From Octopus sinensis (lineage: Eukaryota), in the NCBI RefSeq assembly GCF_006345805.1, contig NC_043000.1, positions 72,478,001-72,542,000 of the forward strand: a stretch of DNA of 64,000 nt, read 5' to 3'. Within the stretch, counting starts at the first letter, position 1. Every line of letters begins with the position of its first letter. Shown in pieces: positions 39,063 through 53,769 of the stretch. The position numbers were made by a program, and so were the translations under genes. The notes below the pieces were generated by a model, which saw only the letters and a list, made by a program, of their open reading frames with translations, was not told where the DNA came from and did no database searches.

Positions 39063-39741
39063 CATAATTGTTAAAGAGGACAACAAGCATTAAGGCAAGG
39101 CAAACACCTCAAGTCGTATACAATATTATTATTATAAAAAATTCAGTCTTACGGCTGTTTCTAGGATATCCCTGAATATGGAATATTCTGTCATCAGAGA
39201 CAAATGGGGAAAGAATAGGGAGGAAGTAAAATAATATGGAGATGCAAAGAAAGAGGAAAAAAGAAGCATAAAAGTTCATAGTTCAACTTTACGAAGTTAT
39301 AGAAACAAGTGCATGAGTACTTAGGTGCAATCCTGCGTAGATTCATGTGTGCTAAAATTCTGATGAAGTAGACATCCTGAGAAAAAAGACACGATCAACG
39401 TTCACTAACAGAATGGATCTGCGCAGGATTGCACCTAAGGACTCATGCTCTTGTTTCTATAACTTCGGAAAGTTTTATGATTCTTTTTCATGAACTTTTA
39501 TGATTCTTCTTCCTTCTTTCCATGTACTTATTCTTTTACTCCCATCCTCTATGTCGTTATCTCATTAATATATGCGATTCTCATTTTGCCTATTTTTCCC
39601 TGTTTGTCTCTGGTAACGGAATATCCCATACTCAGGGATATCCCACAAAGAGCTGTAAGACTGAATTTTTCCCAGTAGTAATACTGTATATGACCTCAGA
39701 TGTTTCCTTTGCTTTAATCTTTGTCCTCTTTAACAATTAGG
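39063..39741. mobile_element. Foldback/MITE element, ~300-bp imperfect inverted arms, TA TSD
   Basis: TA|CATAATTGTTAAAGAGGACAA...TTGTCCTCTTTAACAATTAGG|TA. Inner arm blocks GCATGAGTACTTAGGTGCAATCCTGCG and CGCAGGATTGCACCTAAGGACTCATGC. Confidence 0.8.
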
Positions 39742-40222
39742 TATTTATATATATTAATAATTATATACATAATTATAACAAGGGAGTGGCTATAAGTCTC
39801 TCCAGGCGCTAGAAAAATAGACGCCTAAAGACGCTATTACCACCTTAAAGAATCCGAAAATTAAAACATGGGCTGTAGTCGGACAAAAGAAAGATAATGA
39901 ATTAAACTTTTGGTTAACTGTGTACAAGATCCTGTTTCAAATTTAAGGTAAAAAATTATGCAACGATATTCCATAGCATTTATTTAGGAGTACCTACACA
40001 TACGTATACGAGCAGAGATTTTGTAGAGCAATATATGTACACACCCTCATAGAAATATACACTAAAAGATCCGCTTATAGCCAATCCCTTGCTATAATTA
40101 TATATATAATTATTAAAATATTTGTAAAATTTACCTATAAGTTCTTTTATTTCTGCGATGACCCCTTGGTAAAATCATTAATAATGTTTCTTGTAATTAT
40201 ATATATATATAATATATATATA

Positions 40223-40265
<43 letters not shown>

Positions 40266-40542
40266 CAACAATTGAGGGTAAAATTAATTAATTATTATCA
40301 ATTTCACCAAGTATTCAGTATGCAAAGGGACCATTTAAGGCGAATTCAAATTATTACATTATATAAAAGGGCTTAGTAAAATAAATTACTTTGCCACATA
40401 CTGAACTCATTAGAAATAGTAGCCAAAAAAACTTTCTTAAAACTATTTCTAATACTTAAAGAAAATCTCTCTCATATAATGTTTGCTCAATTCAACTCAC
40501 GAAAGTATGGGGGTAAAGACATTAAAAAATCAAATGCAAAGG

Positions 40543-40591
<49 letters not shown>

Positions 40592-40596
40592 TATAT

Positions 40597-40642
<46 letters not shown>

Positions 40643-41219
40643 GTATATGTATATATATATGTATATGGACATATGTATTTACACACACACGCGCGAACGC
40701 ACGCACACACATTCACACACGCGCGCGCGCATATATATATATTTATATATATACACTGAAGTAAAAGATGAATGTTGGACCGGTGTTATATGTTTGTATA
40801 TTAATTTTATAAAGGTTTTTATCAACTTTATGAACAACGTACTATCATTTATCACCTCATTCATATGATACTTTTTTTCATTATAATTTACTATTTTTAT
40901 TTACCCATTATTTCCCGAATTATTTTTATATATTATTTCTTACCCGCTAAAACAACCTGTAATCCCCTAACTCAGGCATATACCACTATTAGCCATAAAT
41001 AATATTTTTCTGTCTGCTGAGATGATTCTATATAATACAACACACAAAAAAACTGATAGTAAATCTTTATTAAATGTTATATCTCCATTTTCTTATTTTT
41101 CATTTAAATGATGAAAAACCATTGTTTAAATTTAAACTATTATTTTGGGTATTGAACCAGTAATTCATTGGATGATACCATCGCTTAACGAGGTTAATTT
41201 AACCTGCAATTGAATATAA

Positions 41220-41264
<45 letters not shown>

Positions 41265-41311
41265 TATACGTATACATATATATACATTGTTCGTTTGTTT
41301 GTTTATTTCAG

Positions 41312-41342
41312 ATGATTAGTATGCAGGCTCAGTGTTTGATTG
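41312..41342 (+). CDS. VWA gene exon 2 (MISMQAQCLI-D, completes the signal peptide)
   Basis: Acceptor GTTTATTTCAG, donor G|GTAATA. Phase 0 in and phase 1 out bridges exons 1 and 3; gives a predicted A-x-C cleavage site. Confidence 0.7.
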
Positions 41343-41764
41343 GTAATATGATTTTTTAAATTCAATTGTGAGGTTATTATATTGGCGCGGAAGATAAGTT
41401 CTGCATAAAATGACACTCGTGGTTTTAATCCCACAATGGTAGCCATTTCGTTTCTTTTATGCCGTTAGGCAAGGCGTAAATACTTGCACGTTCAACGCAG
41501 TTACAGATAGATATGTCAGTTGAACTGACAGGTCTGAACTGAAGAGTATAAAAACAAAAAAAAAACACGATAAGAATATTCTCTGCACATACTATTTCTT
41601 TTCTATTTAGCTTTTGATTAGTGTTTCTTAACAGGTTTTTTTTTGTATTGATTCCTACCCCTTTCTTGTTCATCACCCCTTTTTAACCTCACTTTAGGAT
41701 AAGGGTAAATAAATATTGTTTATAACACAATTTATTGCATAGCGTTAACAGCCTTTATACAAGG

Positions 41765-41977
41765 CTGTCATGTCTTGCTTTATATTCTACAGGTGCTAAG
41801 ACTCTACATCCTGAGATTAGGTGGTCTATAGTTTCAATCTCATCGTTACAGAATCGGCATTTTGGGTCAGCTCCATTTTTCATCACATTGGCTTGGTAGT
41901 TCCGAGTTAATAAGCATTGGTCTTGAGCAGCTAATTTGAAACCTTCACTCTCTGCTTTTAGCCCTGAGCTTCGAAAC
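41765..41977 (-). repeat. 213-bp exact copy of 43301-43513 (templated insertion of Dong/R4 LINE sequence)
   Basis: Base-by-base reading finds no mismatch. Left junction hairpin ACAGCCTT-TATAC-AAGGCTGT; right junction has tandem CGTAAACATTA repeats. Confidence 0.9.
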
Positions 41978-42439
41978 ATTATCGTAAACATTAGCGTAAA
42001 CATTATCAAAATCAATATTATGAAAGAATTATCTTATATAAAATATGCATATGGATAAAAAAATGTTTAACCTAAAAACAATTTCCACTGGAATCCCTTT
42101 ATTTGTCCCTGAGATCCTGAAATATCACCTGTCGGAAAATTCCCCTCATATTAAGTATTTCGGTTTTCAACGATATATAACATATATTAAAAGATCTTAC
42201 ACCTTCCATGCAATTACAAACTTGAGGTATAATTTTTATTGTAGAAAACTACATTTGATAGGACTGCTTTACCTGTATGAAGCTAATGAAGTACCTGTAC
42301 ATTTGCACATGTAAAAGAGGTAGCTTAATGAGTAATCAATCTCAATCTGAATGTCATTAGTATATTACCTATTTTAAAAATGCTAGTATAATTTTAAATT
42401 TATCTACAGTGATAACTAAATATAATAATGTTTTTCCAG

Positions 42440-42585
42440 ATATCCCTGATTTTAAATGCTTTGAAGAGAAAGCAGATATTGTATTCGTACTCGACGGTTC
42501 AGGAAGCATTTGGCCACCTGATTTCAGGAAACAATTAGAGTTTGTTAATTATTTCATAGATCATATTGATATTGGAGAAAATGAG
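42440..42585 (+). CDS. VWA gene exon 3 (start of VWA1, MIDAS DGSGS)
   Basis: TTTTTCCAG acceptor; CFEEKADIVFVLDGSGSIWPPDFRKQLEFV; donor GAG|GTAACT in phase 0. Confidence 0.92.
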
Positions 42586-42589
42586 GTAA

Positions 42590-42619
42590 CTATTATTATT
42601 CTTATTGTTGTTGTTGTTG

Positions 42620-42705
<86 letters not shown>

Positions 42706-45070
42706 TCCTTCCTTCTTTAAATTTTCTCCCGTTTCTCGCCGTGTTTTCCGTACACCAAGGGCAAAGAAGCTCATTGTATGCATTCCCAGATTACGCACGC
42801 AAATTCACAGATAAATAAATTCATGGATGGATGTTGTTATCACAGCGATAATGCTCTTCTCAGTAAATGAGCCGTTCCAGTTAATACGATTTTTTGCACT
42901 TCCTGTAGGGATGGTAAGCCTGGTATCATTTTCAAATAAATTTCAGTACCTTTTTTTAACATTCCTAGAGATCCTACTGGTACTGTAGTCGCCTTCAGAT
43001 GCCACATTTTTTCAATTTCTATTAGCTAGTCTTTATACTTACTGATCTTGTCAAATTCTTTCGCCGCTATATTGTGATCGCAAGGAATACTCATTTCAAT
43101 TAATAAACACATCTTTTTTTTTTTGTCTGATCTTTTATAATAATATCCGGTTTATTAGCTTTTATAGTTCTACAGGGAAGTCCCATAGAATCGACACATT
43201 TTCTCCCTCAGTCACAGCTTCAGGATGGTGTTTATACCATTTGTCAGCCGTTTTGATTTTATAATGCCGACATATTGTCCAATGTAAATACTGGCCGACT
43301 CTGTCATGTCTTGCTTTATATTCTACAGGTGCTAAGACTCTACATCCTGAGATTAGGTGGTCTATAGTTTCAATCTCATCGTTACAGAATCGGCATTTTG
43401 GGTCAGCTCCATTTTTCATCACATTGGCTTGGTAGTTCCGAGTTAATAAGCATTGGTCTTGAGCAGCTAATTTGAAACCTTCACTCTCTGCTTTTAGCCC
43501 TGAGCTTCGAAACCATTGGTGCGTGTGTTTCTGGTCGACATCAGCTTGTTTGCTACGGGGCCACATACTTGCCATACAGAGGTTTCTTTTCCCATCTGCT
43601 AGCTAATTTTTCATGCGCTTTTGTCTTTGCAATCAATTTTATTTTCTTTGCAGCAGCAGTTGGCGCATTTCCTTCAGCCTGATCAATCTGGTAGGTATCT
43701 AAGAGATCAGTAGCGAATGTTTTACTCTCTTTCAGAATAAGATGAAGTTTTTTCGGTCTTTCATGTTTTTCAACAAGTTTTAACATCTAATCGTTGGTTG
43801 CTTCAAGGTATTTGGCCAGTCCGATTGTAGTGGTTTTGTACGTAGGTTCAAGCTGGATCAAACCTCGTCTTCCTTGAGCTCTGGGAAGGTAAAGACGATC
43901 CACGTCTGCCTTTTAATGGTGCAAGTCAGTAGCTTGCGGATTTTTCTGTCAATTTTCATTATTTCACTGGTATTCCAGTTAAGCACATTGAAGCTATAAA
44001 GAACAACCGCGACTGCTAAAGAATTTATGGCTAACACCTTATTATATGCATTCAGCTCAGACTTCAGCACTGCTCGAACTCTTCTATAACATTCCTTCCT
44101 AACCTTCGCTTTCATGCTTGCATGCTGGATACCAGAGCCTTCATTTATTCCTAGGTATTTATAGGTTTGTTCCTGCTCAAGTTCCTTTATTACTGTTTCG
44201 ACATCTAATTCGATTGAACTTGATTTTCCTTTTCTTAAAAGTGGCTTTGGCACACTTTTCAAGGCCAAACTCCATCCTGATATCATCACTGAATCCTTTC
44301 ACAGTATGTAGTAGTCCTTCAAGCTCTTCGTCAAATTTGCCATATAGTTTTAAATCATCCATATAAAATAGATGGCTTATTTTCCTGTTGTCAATTTTGT
44401 AGCCATATCCTGTTCTATTCAGTTCACTTGTGAGTGGTATTAGTGCCATGCAGAAAGTTAATGGTGAAAGTGAGTCACCTTGGAAAATGCCACAATTTAT
44501 GCTAATATTGTTTGAGCGCAATACTCCATTAGAATGATATAATTGGAGCTTCGTATTCCATAGTGACATATTATACTTTAAAAATCTGAAATCACAGGAG
44601 AAATTTTGAAAATGTCCAGCGATTTCAGAATCCACGAATGTGGTATGCTGTCAAAGACTTTTTTATAATCAATCCATGAAGAGCTGAGATTTCTGCGCTT
44701 GTTATGGCAGTTCTCAAGGATCATGCGATTAATTAGGAGCTGATCTTTGCATCCGTATGAGCCTCGTCTGCATCATTTTTGTTCAGTGGGAAAGAGGTTA
44801 TTCTCTTCCATAAACGTTTATGTTTTCTCTACTAGAATAGATATCAAAATCTTATAGGTAGTAGATAAACATGTTATAGGCCGGTAGTTCTTGGGTCTTT
44901 CGTTTCGTTATTTTGGGGAAGGAGGTAAGTAATACCACTTGCCATCCAATGGGGAGTTTTTTCAGGGTCTTTCATAATACTATTAAATAGTATTATTAAT
45001 ATTTTGTGTGCGGACAAGAGTGATGAGAGCCAGAAATTTGGTACTCTATCAATACCAGGGGACACTTATT
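42590..45070 (-). mobile_element. Dong/R4-clade LINE (RT + CCHC + RLE) with (AAT)n tail
   Basis: IFQGDSLSP, HLFYMDDLKLY, YKYLG, CRFCNDEIETIDHLISGC...RHD, NKPDIIIKD and KYKD. The tail merges with (ATT)n at 42590-42705. Confidence 0.92.
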
Positions 45071-45145
45071 AGCCTTTGTTAATGCCCTCCTTAGGTCGGC
45101 GATTGAGATGTCTTCCCATACCTGTTCTTGTAGATTTTTGTAGGC

Positions 45146-45275
<130 letters not shown>

Positions 45276-45289
45276 ATTCTGTTTGACTT

Positions 45290-46517
45290 TATGTCTGTAC
45301 AAGTTGGCTCCACGTCTCACCCAGAGACCTCAAGAGACAACAGGTTGGAAGTTCTGTGCCATATATTTGGGGTGTTTTGTTGTTTTTTGGTGTTGTACTA
45401 GTGAATGTCTAATACATAAAAATAAAATTTAAAAAAATAAATAAATAAATAAATAAATAAAAAAGTTTGTTTTAAACCTTGGGATTACATAGAGAGTAGT
45501 TTGCGTAGGATATGAGCAGTTCCCATGAGCACTATCTTTTGAATTTCTGCCATTTTGGGGTTTCCTGGTATCTGAGTTAGGTAGCAATCAGTCCCTTTCG
45601 CTATCATTCCCAGGGCACCTATGACAACAGGTATTGTTTTAGTCTTCAGCTTCCACATTTTGCTGATATCTATTTCAAGATCTTTATATTTGCTCCGTTT
45701 TTGGTAGGTCTTGACAGTTACGTTTATATCAATTGAGACAGTCATATCAATGAGGAGGCATGTTCTTTGTCTGAAGTCTTTCAATATGATGTCTGGCCTA
45801 TTTGCATCTATCTTCCTGTCAGTTTGAATGGTGAAGTTCCAGAGGAGTGAGATGTGGTCATTTTCAAGCACAGGAGGTGGATTGTGTTCCCACCAGTTTT
45901 TTTCATGGGGTAAATCCAAGTTTTTGCAAATTACCCAGTGAATATATTGTGCAGCTCTATCATGCCTGTTGAGGTACTCTGTAGGCGCTAGAAGACTGCA
46001 TTTGGAGACAACATGATCAATGGTTTCATTTTGTTGTCGGCATACACGACATGTTGGGCTACTGCCATTCTTTAATATGTTGGCCTAGTAGTTTCTTGTT
46101 GGTAGGCATTGATCTTGAGCTGCTATGATAAACCCCTCTGTTTCAGATTTTAAGCCAGAGGCCATTAGCCATTGATGGGTCAGGGCTTTGTCAATATCTG
46201 CATTATTCGCTCTTTTTGGGTATTTGCCATAGATTTTTCTTGCCATTTATTATTCAGAATATCTAAGGCCGCAGTTTTGGCACGGGTTTTCATGCGCCTA
46301 GCTTTTTCTGTGCTTGTTTCTTGTATGTCTATCTCTAATTCCGAAATTGGTTGTATTCGGAATTCACTTAGATATTCCTTTGCCTGTTTTGTGACTGAGT
46401 ATGATGCTTTCTTGTTTTCATGTTTTGAGACAAGTTTTAACATCCAGTCCTCAGAGTTTTTCAGGTTGTCTAGGCCAATTGTAGCAATCTTCATTGTTAT
46501 TGCCAGTTGCAAAAGAC

Positions 46518-46520
<3 letters not shown>
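45290..46520 (-). mobile_element. Second Dong/R4-clade LINE, 5'-truncated, between (ATT)n tracts
   Basis: ORF 45485-45919 has NRPDIILKD, LLIDMTV, KYKDLEIDISKMW and IPVVIGALG. (ATT)n lies on both sides (45147-45275 and 46520-46605). Confidence 0.9.
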
Positions 46521-46557
<37 letters not shown>

Positions 46558-46563
46558 ATTATA

Positions 46564-46605
<42 letters not shown>

Positions 46606-46607
<2 letters not shown>

Positions 46608-47010
46608 GGCGGCGAGCTGGCAGAAACGTTAGCATGCCGGGCGAAATGCTTAGCGGTATTTGGTCTGCCACTACGTTCTGAGTTCAAATTATGCCGAGGT
46701 CGACTTTGCCTTTCATCCTTTCGGGGTCGATTAAATAAGTACCAGTTACGCACTGGGGTCGATATAATCGACTTAATCCGTTTGTCTGTCCTTGTTTGTT
46801 CTGTCTGTGTTTAGTCCCTTGTGGGTAGTAAAGAAACAGGTATTTCGTCTGTCTTTACATCGAGGTCGATTTTGCCTTTCATCCTTTCGGGGTCGATGGA
46901 ATAATTATCAGTTACGCACTGAGGTCGATGTGATCGACTAGACCCTTTCCCAAAATTTCAGGCCTTGTGTCTATAGTAGAAAGGATTATTATTATTATTA
47001 TTATTATTAT

Positions 47011-47054
<44 letters not shown>

Positions 47055-47960
47055 TCATTATTATTATTGAGTGAGAGAGCAGCGCTTGCCATCAAAATGA
47101 CACTGGGGCACAAATATACGAAGCCCAGTATACCCATCATAAGTACCCCTCTGATAAGGATACACCAGGCACATGTATCACAACCATATATGCGGAACAT
47201 GGCGATCTCATATCAAGATAAATAGCGCATGACCTTGCAGGTGGGACTCAGGATTTTCTTCAGGTCGAGTAGCCCATCCCGCTCAAAAGGTCCCTGGGTT
47301 GTTTAGGGATGTTGAACGAAACACCCATGTTTTCAAAGGTGGATTATTCAAACCCCATGGCTATGATGCTCCCCGCTACTCCTACTCATGATCAGAGATT
47401 CACATATCGTCAGCCACTAAGGGACATGCTCAACTGTTTAAGGTGAAACAACTGACAAACAAATATGTGGTATTGCTGTAGTCCATCTTTTATACCAAGA
47501 CAAATCAATGTACATGATAACACTTCCAATGATTAGTAGAAGAAATGATTAGCGGCATCACTTCCGTTTTTACGGTCTGAGTTCCACCGTAGTTGACCTT
47601 GACTTTCATCATTTCGGGCGGGGTGGGGGAATAAATTAAGTACCAGTCAAGCACTGGGGTCGATTTAATCGACAAGCCCCCTCCCCCCAAATTCCAAGTC
47701 TTGTGTTGGCAGCAGAAAGGATTATTATCGTTCTTAGAATTATTAGAACTAGCATTATTAAGGCAACGAGTTGGCTGAATCGCTAGTATACTGGACGAAA
47801 TGCTTAGTAGCATTTCTTCCGTTTTTACGTCCTGATGAAATGTCGACTTTATCTTTCATCCATTCGAGGGTCGATGAAATAAGTACCAGCCAAGCACTAA
47901 GACAGATGTAGCCGACTTAATTTCACTAAAATTTCTGGCCTTGTGCCAAAGTTTGAAGTT
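46606..47960 (+). mobile_element. Head-to-tail chain of SINEs (family B and others) separated by (ATT)n tails
   Basis: AAGGCGGCGAGCTGGCAGAA (A box)...GAGTTCAAAT (B box) at 46606. Repeated GGGGTCGAT modules; further heads near 47060 and 47758. The first copy ends TAGTCCCTTGTGGGTAGTAAAGAAA. Confidence 0.8.
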
Positions 47961-48429
47961 ATTATTATTGTTGTTGTTGCTATTGTTTTATTTTAATTTC
48001 TATCGGTGTGACACCCCTTCAAAATTGTTTGTAGGTTTTGCTTGTGTTAACTGTTTAAAAAGTCTACCTCCTAAAGCCTTCGTTCTGTGTTGTTGCCTAA
48101 CTAATCACAATCCTGAGAAACTGACCAGTTCCGTTATATTTTCGTTCTTCATGATGGAATTTATATTTTAAAAAATCAAAACATGGCATCGAAATTCTCG
48201 ACAGAATACTTGAGAGAAGAAAACAGTGTTTAAAAGCATTCTTAACGACTTTTCCCCATCTTAATGGTGGTTGAAGCCAGGGCACCACCTGCAATGCCAA
48301 TGCGAAAGGTGGAAACAATAACAACAACAACAACAAAAGAATGGACGATGATATCCTTCCTGTCGTTGCCTCTTCCACATACACCACTACTGATAAAAAT
48401 GACAAAAGTAACATCAACAACAAACACAA

Positions 48430-49250
48430 CTATTGAAATCAACAGTAACAACAGAAATATCATCACCAGTCTCAGAAAACTTCAGCTCTCGTACTACCAA
48501 AGACGTCACTACTACCATACTCATTTACATCATCAGTGTGCCAAGCCTTAGTATGCGCAAAACTGGGTCTTTTACAAATGCTTCAAAGGTATCAAAAGAA
48601 AGTGGGAAACTTTGTAACAAAAGTAGAGTGAAGTATGACTCTCAAGATAACAGAATAGATGAACCCAAAACCAAATTCTTTCTGAATCAAACAACTCCCA
48701 TCATTCATGTCAGGCACTGCGGTACAATCGACGTCAGATTCTCCCCGGAGATGAGACCAGAAACCACTTCATAGTCTTTCTCAAAAACGAATCCAGATAT
48801 CTTTGTATCTTGGTGGACGCATAGCAAAAGTGAAGTTTGTAGGTGTGCTGCCAGAAATAAAATCTGCTGGTTGTGAACGGCATATTGGCCGACATTGAAA
48901 AGAGACCCAAATATTAGACATGCACAAGCCACCAAAAGAGAACTGAGTGGGAAAGGAATGGAACTCTTGATCCAAACAGATCAGGAGGGAATCTAAGTTA
49001 TCTTCAGGTCTAGTATTACTATATTTTACAAAGACGGCGGATTGTGTGTGTCTAGCACATAGAAGAAGCCTTCCAAAACCTGATCAAATGTTTCTAGCTG
49101 TCTTAGGGACACTGGCAACATTTCACGGATGTGCCAGTCTGAACAAAGATCAACCACAGCTGGTCATGCAAATCGTATCTATATCGAATAAAGATAGTGA
49201 GGAACGTATACAGATTTTAAAATCCACAAAAATAGTATCTGTACGGTAGA
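48430..49250 (+). mobile_element. Highly degraded Ty3/gypsy pol remnant (RNase H-integrase region)
   Basis: LLQMLQRYQ resembles RLQRMLLRLQ.Y; RCAARN...TAYWPTLKRD resembles the integrase zinc-binding ...AR..VYWP.I.KD. Confidence 0.45.
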
Positions 49251-49706
49251 CTTACATAGGAATCACAGAAAGGTTATTAGATGTCGAGCGCATCTGTGCC
49301 GGTGAGCAAAGACTATCTACATCGGATTAGCGTATTACTTAAGCGGCATTTGATGATGAAAATCATCAATAACTGGTGATGAGGAAACCTGAAGAGAAAA
49401 ATTTGACCAGAATCGATAACATTTAGCAAGGAGCTAACAATAGAGAGAAATGGACTGGAAGAGTTAGAAAATAGAGATGAAATTTTATCTCAATTTATTT
49501 CACATTCGTAAATTCTTTTTTATTTACGTTATTTTATTTTATTTCTACGTTATTTTATATATTCATTTTATTTTTATTTTATCTTCATTATATTTTCCCT
49601 CATATATACATTAATTTATATACCTAAAAAAGTAACTTAGAAAGGAACATATACACCAATACACATGCATATTGATGATGAAATTATTAACATTCATACA
49701 TGTTAC

Positions 49707-49787
<81 letters not shown>

Positions 49788-49881
49788 CGTAAGCACATAT
49801 ATGAGCATAAACTTTATTTCACTTTTACTTTCTTTTATTCATTATGTTACTTTACTCTTATATACTTATTTATTATTATTA

Positions 49882-50345
<464 letters not shown>

Positions 50346-50700
50346 TAAAAGAGTAAAAGAGTATTAATATTATTATTATTGAATCAGAAATAAAAGTAAT
50401 AATTTTAACGCATACATGCACACACACATACATACACACATAGTAAACATGACTATATACTCTGAGTATTTCAAACGGATTATAATGTTATCCTTGTATT
50501 GTTCTATGTACACCCTGATGATTTTCCTTACAATGTATTTATAATGCAAAATTATATATTTATACATGTTTTGCAACTTTAATTTTGTTTGTGAAATGAA
50601 ACGGTTGTAGGTAATTATGTTAATTAATCAATAAATTAGTTTGTATCCACTAGATTTCTCTGTTTTCTAACTCAATAATATTTCTCTCTGTTTCTCCCTC

Positions 50701-50741
<41 letters not shown>

Positions 50742-50858
50742 CTCTCTCTAGACCATTGCCTGGTTTAAAAAGCCACATCAGACGCCATGATGAATCTAAG
50801 GTGTAGGTACAGGAGGTGGTCATACTCTGCATAAGGAGTAGACAACCACCATGTGTGT

Positions 50859-50914
<56 letters not shown>

Positions 50915-51620
50915 ACTGTCAAAATATTGCCTGGATTAATCTGGGAATTTATCTAAAAATCTTTACCTTCATGGAAGTATCGACTAACATCCATATCCTC
51001 TGGAAAAAGATGAGTTGTGAACATTATTCTCCTGTCAATATTCTTTTAACTACTTTTACTCTTTATTCTTTTATTTAACTACTTCATTCATCTGTTTTAT
51101 TCCTTATAAACTGTGAATGTTATTCCTTGTAAACTGTAAATCTTCCCCGTCGAAAATATTCATACCTTGTCTCTGATGTCGGAATACCTAGTGCACGGAT
51201 ACGCTAACCGACCTCTTGGAGCATCCCAGACACAGCTGTATGACTTCAAATTCTCCTTACCCTAATTAAATTATTCTAAATGACTTGAGATACTTATTCT
51301 GCCTAGATTTTGATTTTCATGTAATATCATATATACATGGTATAACGGAACTCTAGACACGAATCCCTAGATCCAGCCTTAACTGTGATCTTGGAACCTA
51401 ATGGTCGACCAACTATAGCACTTACCTAGCATACCTATTCATTTATATCACTAGTGAGCTAAAGTCCTCATATTCTTTATATATATATAGTTGAAATTTA
51501 TGAAAAAAACAAAAGACAAAGGTGTATCAACAAGCAAGTGTATTAGTTTGACGCTCGGGGAAATGAAAAAGTATTTCACGTTTCAAACCTATGCTCTTCA
51601 ACAGAAAGGAAAAAGAGAGA

Positions 51621-51673
<53 letters not shown>

Positions 51674-51854
51674 CGTGTGTGTGTGTGTATGTGCATGCGA
51701 GCGTGCAATTATATAATATGCAAGCAGATTGACCATCTAAATAATGCTTCAGTATTCAGTAGTTCAGTGTCAATTTGGTCCGTTGTGTAAAATGCTTTAC
51801 CTCTATTCGTTTACCTAAAATATATATGTGATATTTGTTACTGATTTATTTCAG

Positions 51855-52293
51855 GTGAGAATTGGTGTTGTAAATTTCAGTAAAAATGCAGAACCTAGTA
51901 TCTATCTATCGGAGTTTAACGACAAACTTAAATTGAAAGAGAGAGTATTAGATGTTTCCCAAGAACATGAAAATACTAGAACCGCTTCGGCTTTGAATTT
52001 ACTAACCAGTACAATGTTTACAACTGAAATGGGTGCCAGGAAAAATGTCAGACACATTGCATTCATTCTAACTGATGGGAGTTCACAAGAGCCGAAGAAA
52101 ACTCAATTAGCTGCCAAAAAATGCCGAGATGCAAATATAGAATTGTTTGCTATTGGAATTGGAAACGAAACCAACAAAGAAGAATTGAAAGGAATTGCCA
52201 GTCAACCCAAAACAAGCCATTACATTCATGTATCTAATTTTAGCGCTTTAATCAATGAAAAAGGAAACATATTCAAAATTTCGTGCACGAAAA
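51855..52293 (+). CDS. VWA gene exon 4 (rest of VWA1)
   Basis: TTATTTCAG acceptor; VRIGVVNFS, NTRTASAL, FILTDG, LFAIGIG; donor AAA A|GTAAGT in phase 1. Confidence 0.93.
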
Positions 52294-52385
52294 GTAAGTA
52301 TTAAAAGTTACTGTTTATGTAATAAATACATGCAAATAGGTGAAATACTTTTCCCATCACATAAATGATAATAATAATAATAATA

Positions 52386-52425
<40 letters not shown>

Positions 52426-52449
52426 GATGATGATGATGATGATGATGAT

Positions 52450-53697
52450 AGCAGACCCACGATTTGTCGAGAAGGAAGGCGAAGTGATAGATAAATACAA
52501 CCCTCTTAAGTACGAAATAGCCCGGCTATGGAAAATGAAGAAGATGAAGATAGTGCCAATTATTGTTGGGTCCTTGAAAACAGTATCAAAAGGCAGTAAG
52601 AGGAATATAAAGCAAATTGGAATAGAGTGTCCAGTAGAACTGTTACAAAAGGTTTGCCTCCTTGGTACGGCTAGAATAATCAGGAAAAGAATGAATAGCA
52701 TAGTACTGTAGGCTGCAGGTAGCAAGCTAGCTGCGCATGTAAGACTCCAGGAGCTCCAACAAAACCTGTGATAAAGAGAAATAATAATAATAGTTACAGC
52801 TACAATATTTTTAAATGGACTCTAAATGAACTAATCAAAATAGACAGGAAAACAAGAAAAATAATAAAAGGACTTAGGATGCACCACCTAAAATCTGACA
52901 TAGTAAGGTTATATATACAACGTATAGAAGGTGGTAGAGGCCTTACACAGCTACGAACCTATTACAAAATAACCACCATAGGATTACAGAAGTACTTACT
53001 TCAGAAGTGAGGAAAATTAATAGAAATAGCCACAAAACACGAACAAAACAAAAAACTGTTTTCAGCTTTTAAGGAAGCTGACAAATACAAAAAAGAAGTC
53101 ATAGTACCTAACAACTATGAAGAAAAAGAAGAAACAACAAAATCTGTAAAACAACTGGAATCCAAACTAAAACTAGAACAGTAACGGATCATGATAAAAC
53201 GATGGTAAGAAAAGCCCCGTCATGGCAAATACTGGATTAAATTCAACAAATAAGACATAGATAAAGCAAAATCCCAACAACGGCTGAGAAGCTCAGGACT
53301 CAAAGAAGATATTGAAGGATTTTTAATTGTAGCATAAGACCAAAGCCACCCTAAGGAATATATTCCTTCTTAGCCAGGACTGGGCAGCCAGAGACAACAT
53401 GATTTATTGTTTCTTGTTCATCTTCACATATTCTGCATTTACTTGTATTTCTTTTCCTTACATGTTTTTGATAAATTCTGGTGGGATGGCTTTGATTTTG
53501 TGCTGCAATTAAAAATCCTTCAGTCTCTGCTTTGAGTCCTGAGCTTCTCTGCCATTGTTGGAATTTTACTTCGTCTATTTCTTTTCTGTTTAGTTTAACC
53601 CAGTATTTGCCCTCCAGTTTGGATTTCAGTTGTTTTATAGCTTTTGATGTTTCTTCTTTTCCTTCATTGTTGTTAGGTACTAACATTATTATTATTA

Positions 53698-53740
<43 letters not shown>
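52450..53740. mobile_element. Rearranged Dong/R4 LINE fragments (+ strand 52450-53352, - strand 53360-53690)
   Basis: + strand: KYNPLKYEIARLW, IVPIIVGSL, RLYIQRIEGGRGL. - strand: SSGLKAETEGFLIAAQ...CRICEDEQETINHVVSGCP. 16-bp palindrome AAGGAATATATTCCTT at the junction (53353-53368). Confidence 0.85.
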
Positions 53741-53753
<13 letters not shown>

Positions 53754-53769
53754 TATTATTATTATGCCT

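Noticed and set aside
51170-51245. Additional hammerhead (CTGATGT...GACACAGCTGTA)
   Set aside because: Two essential core positions are mutated; a relic at best.
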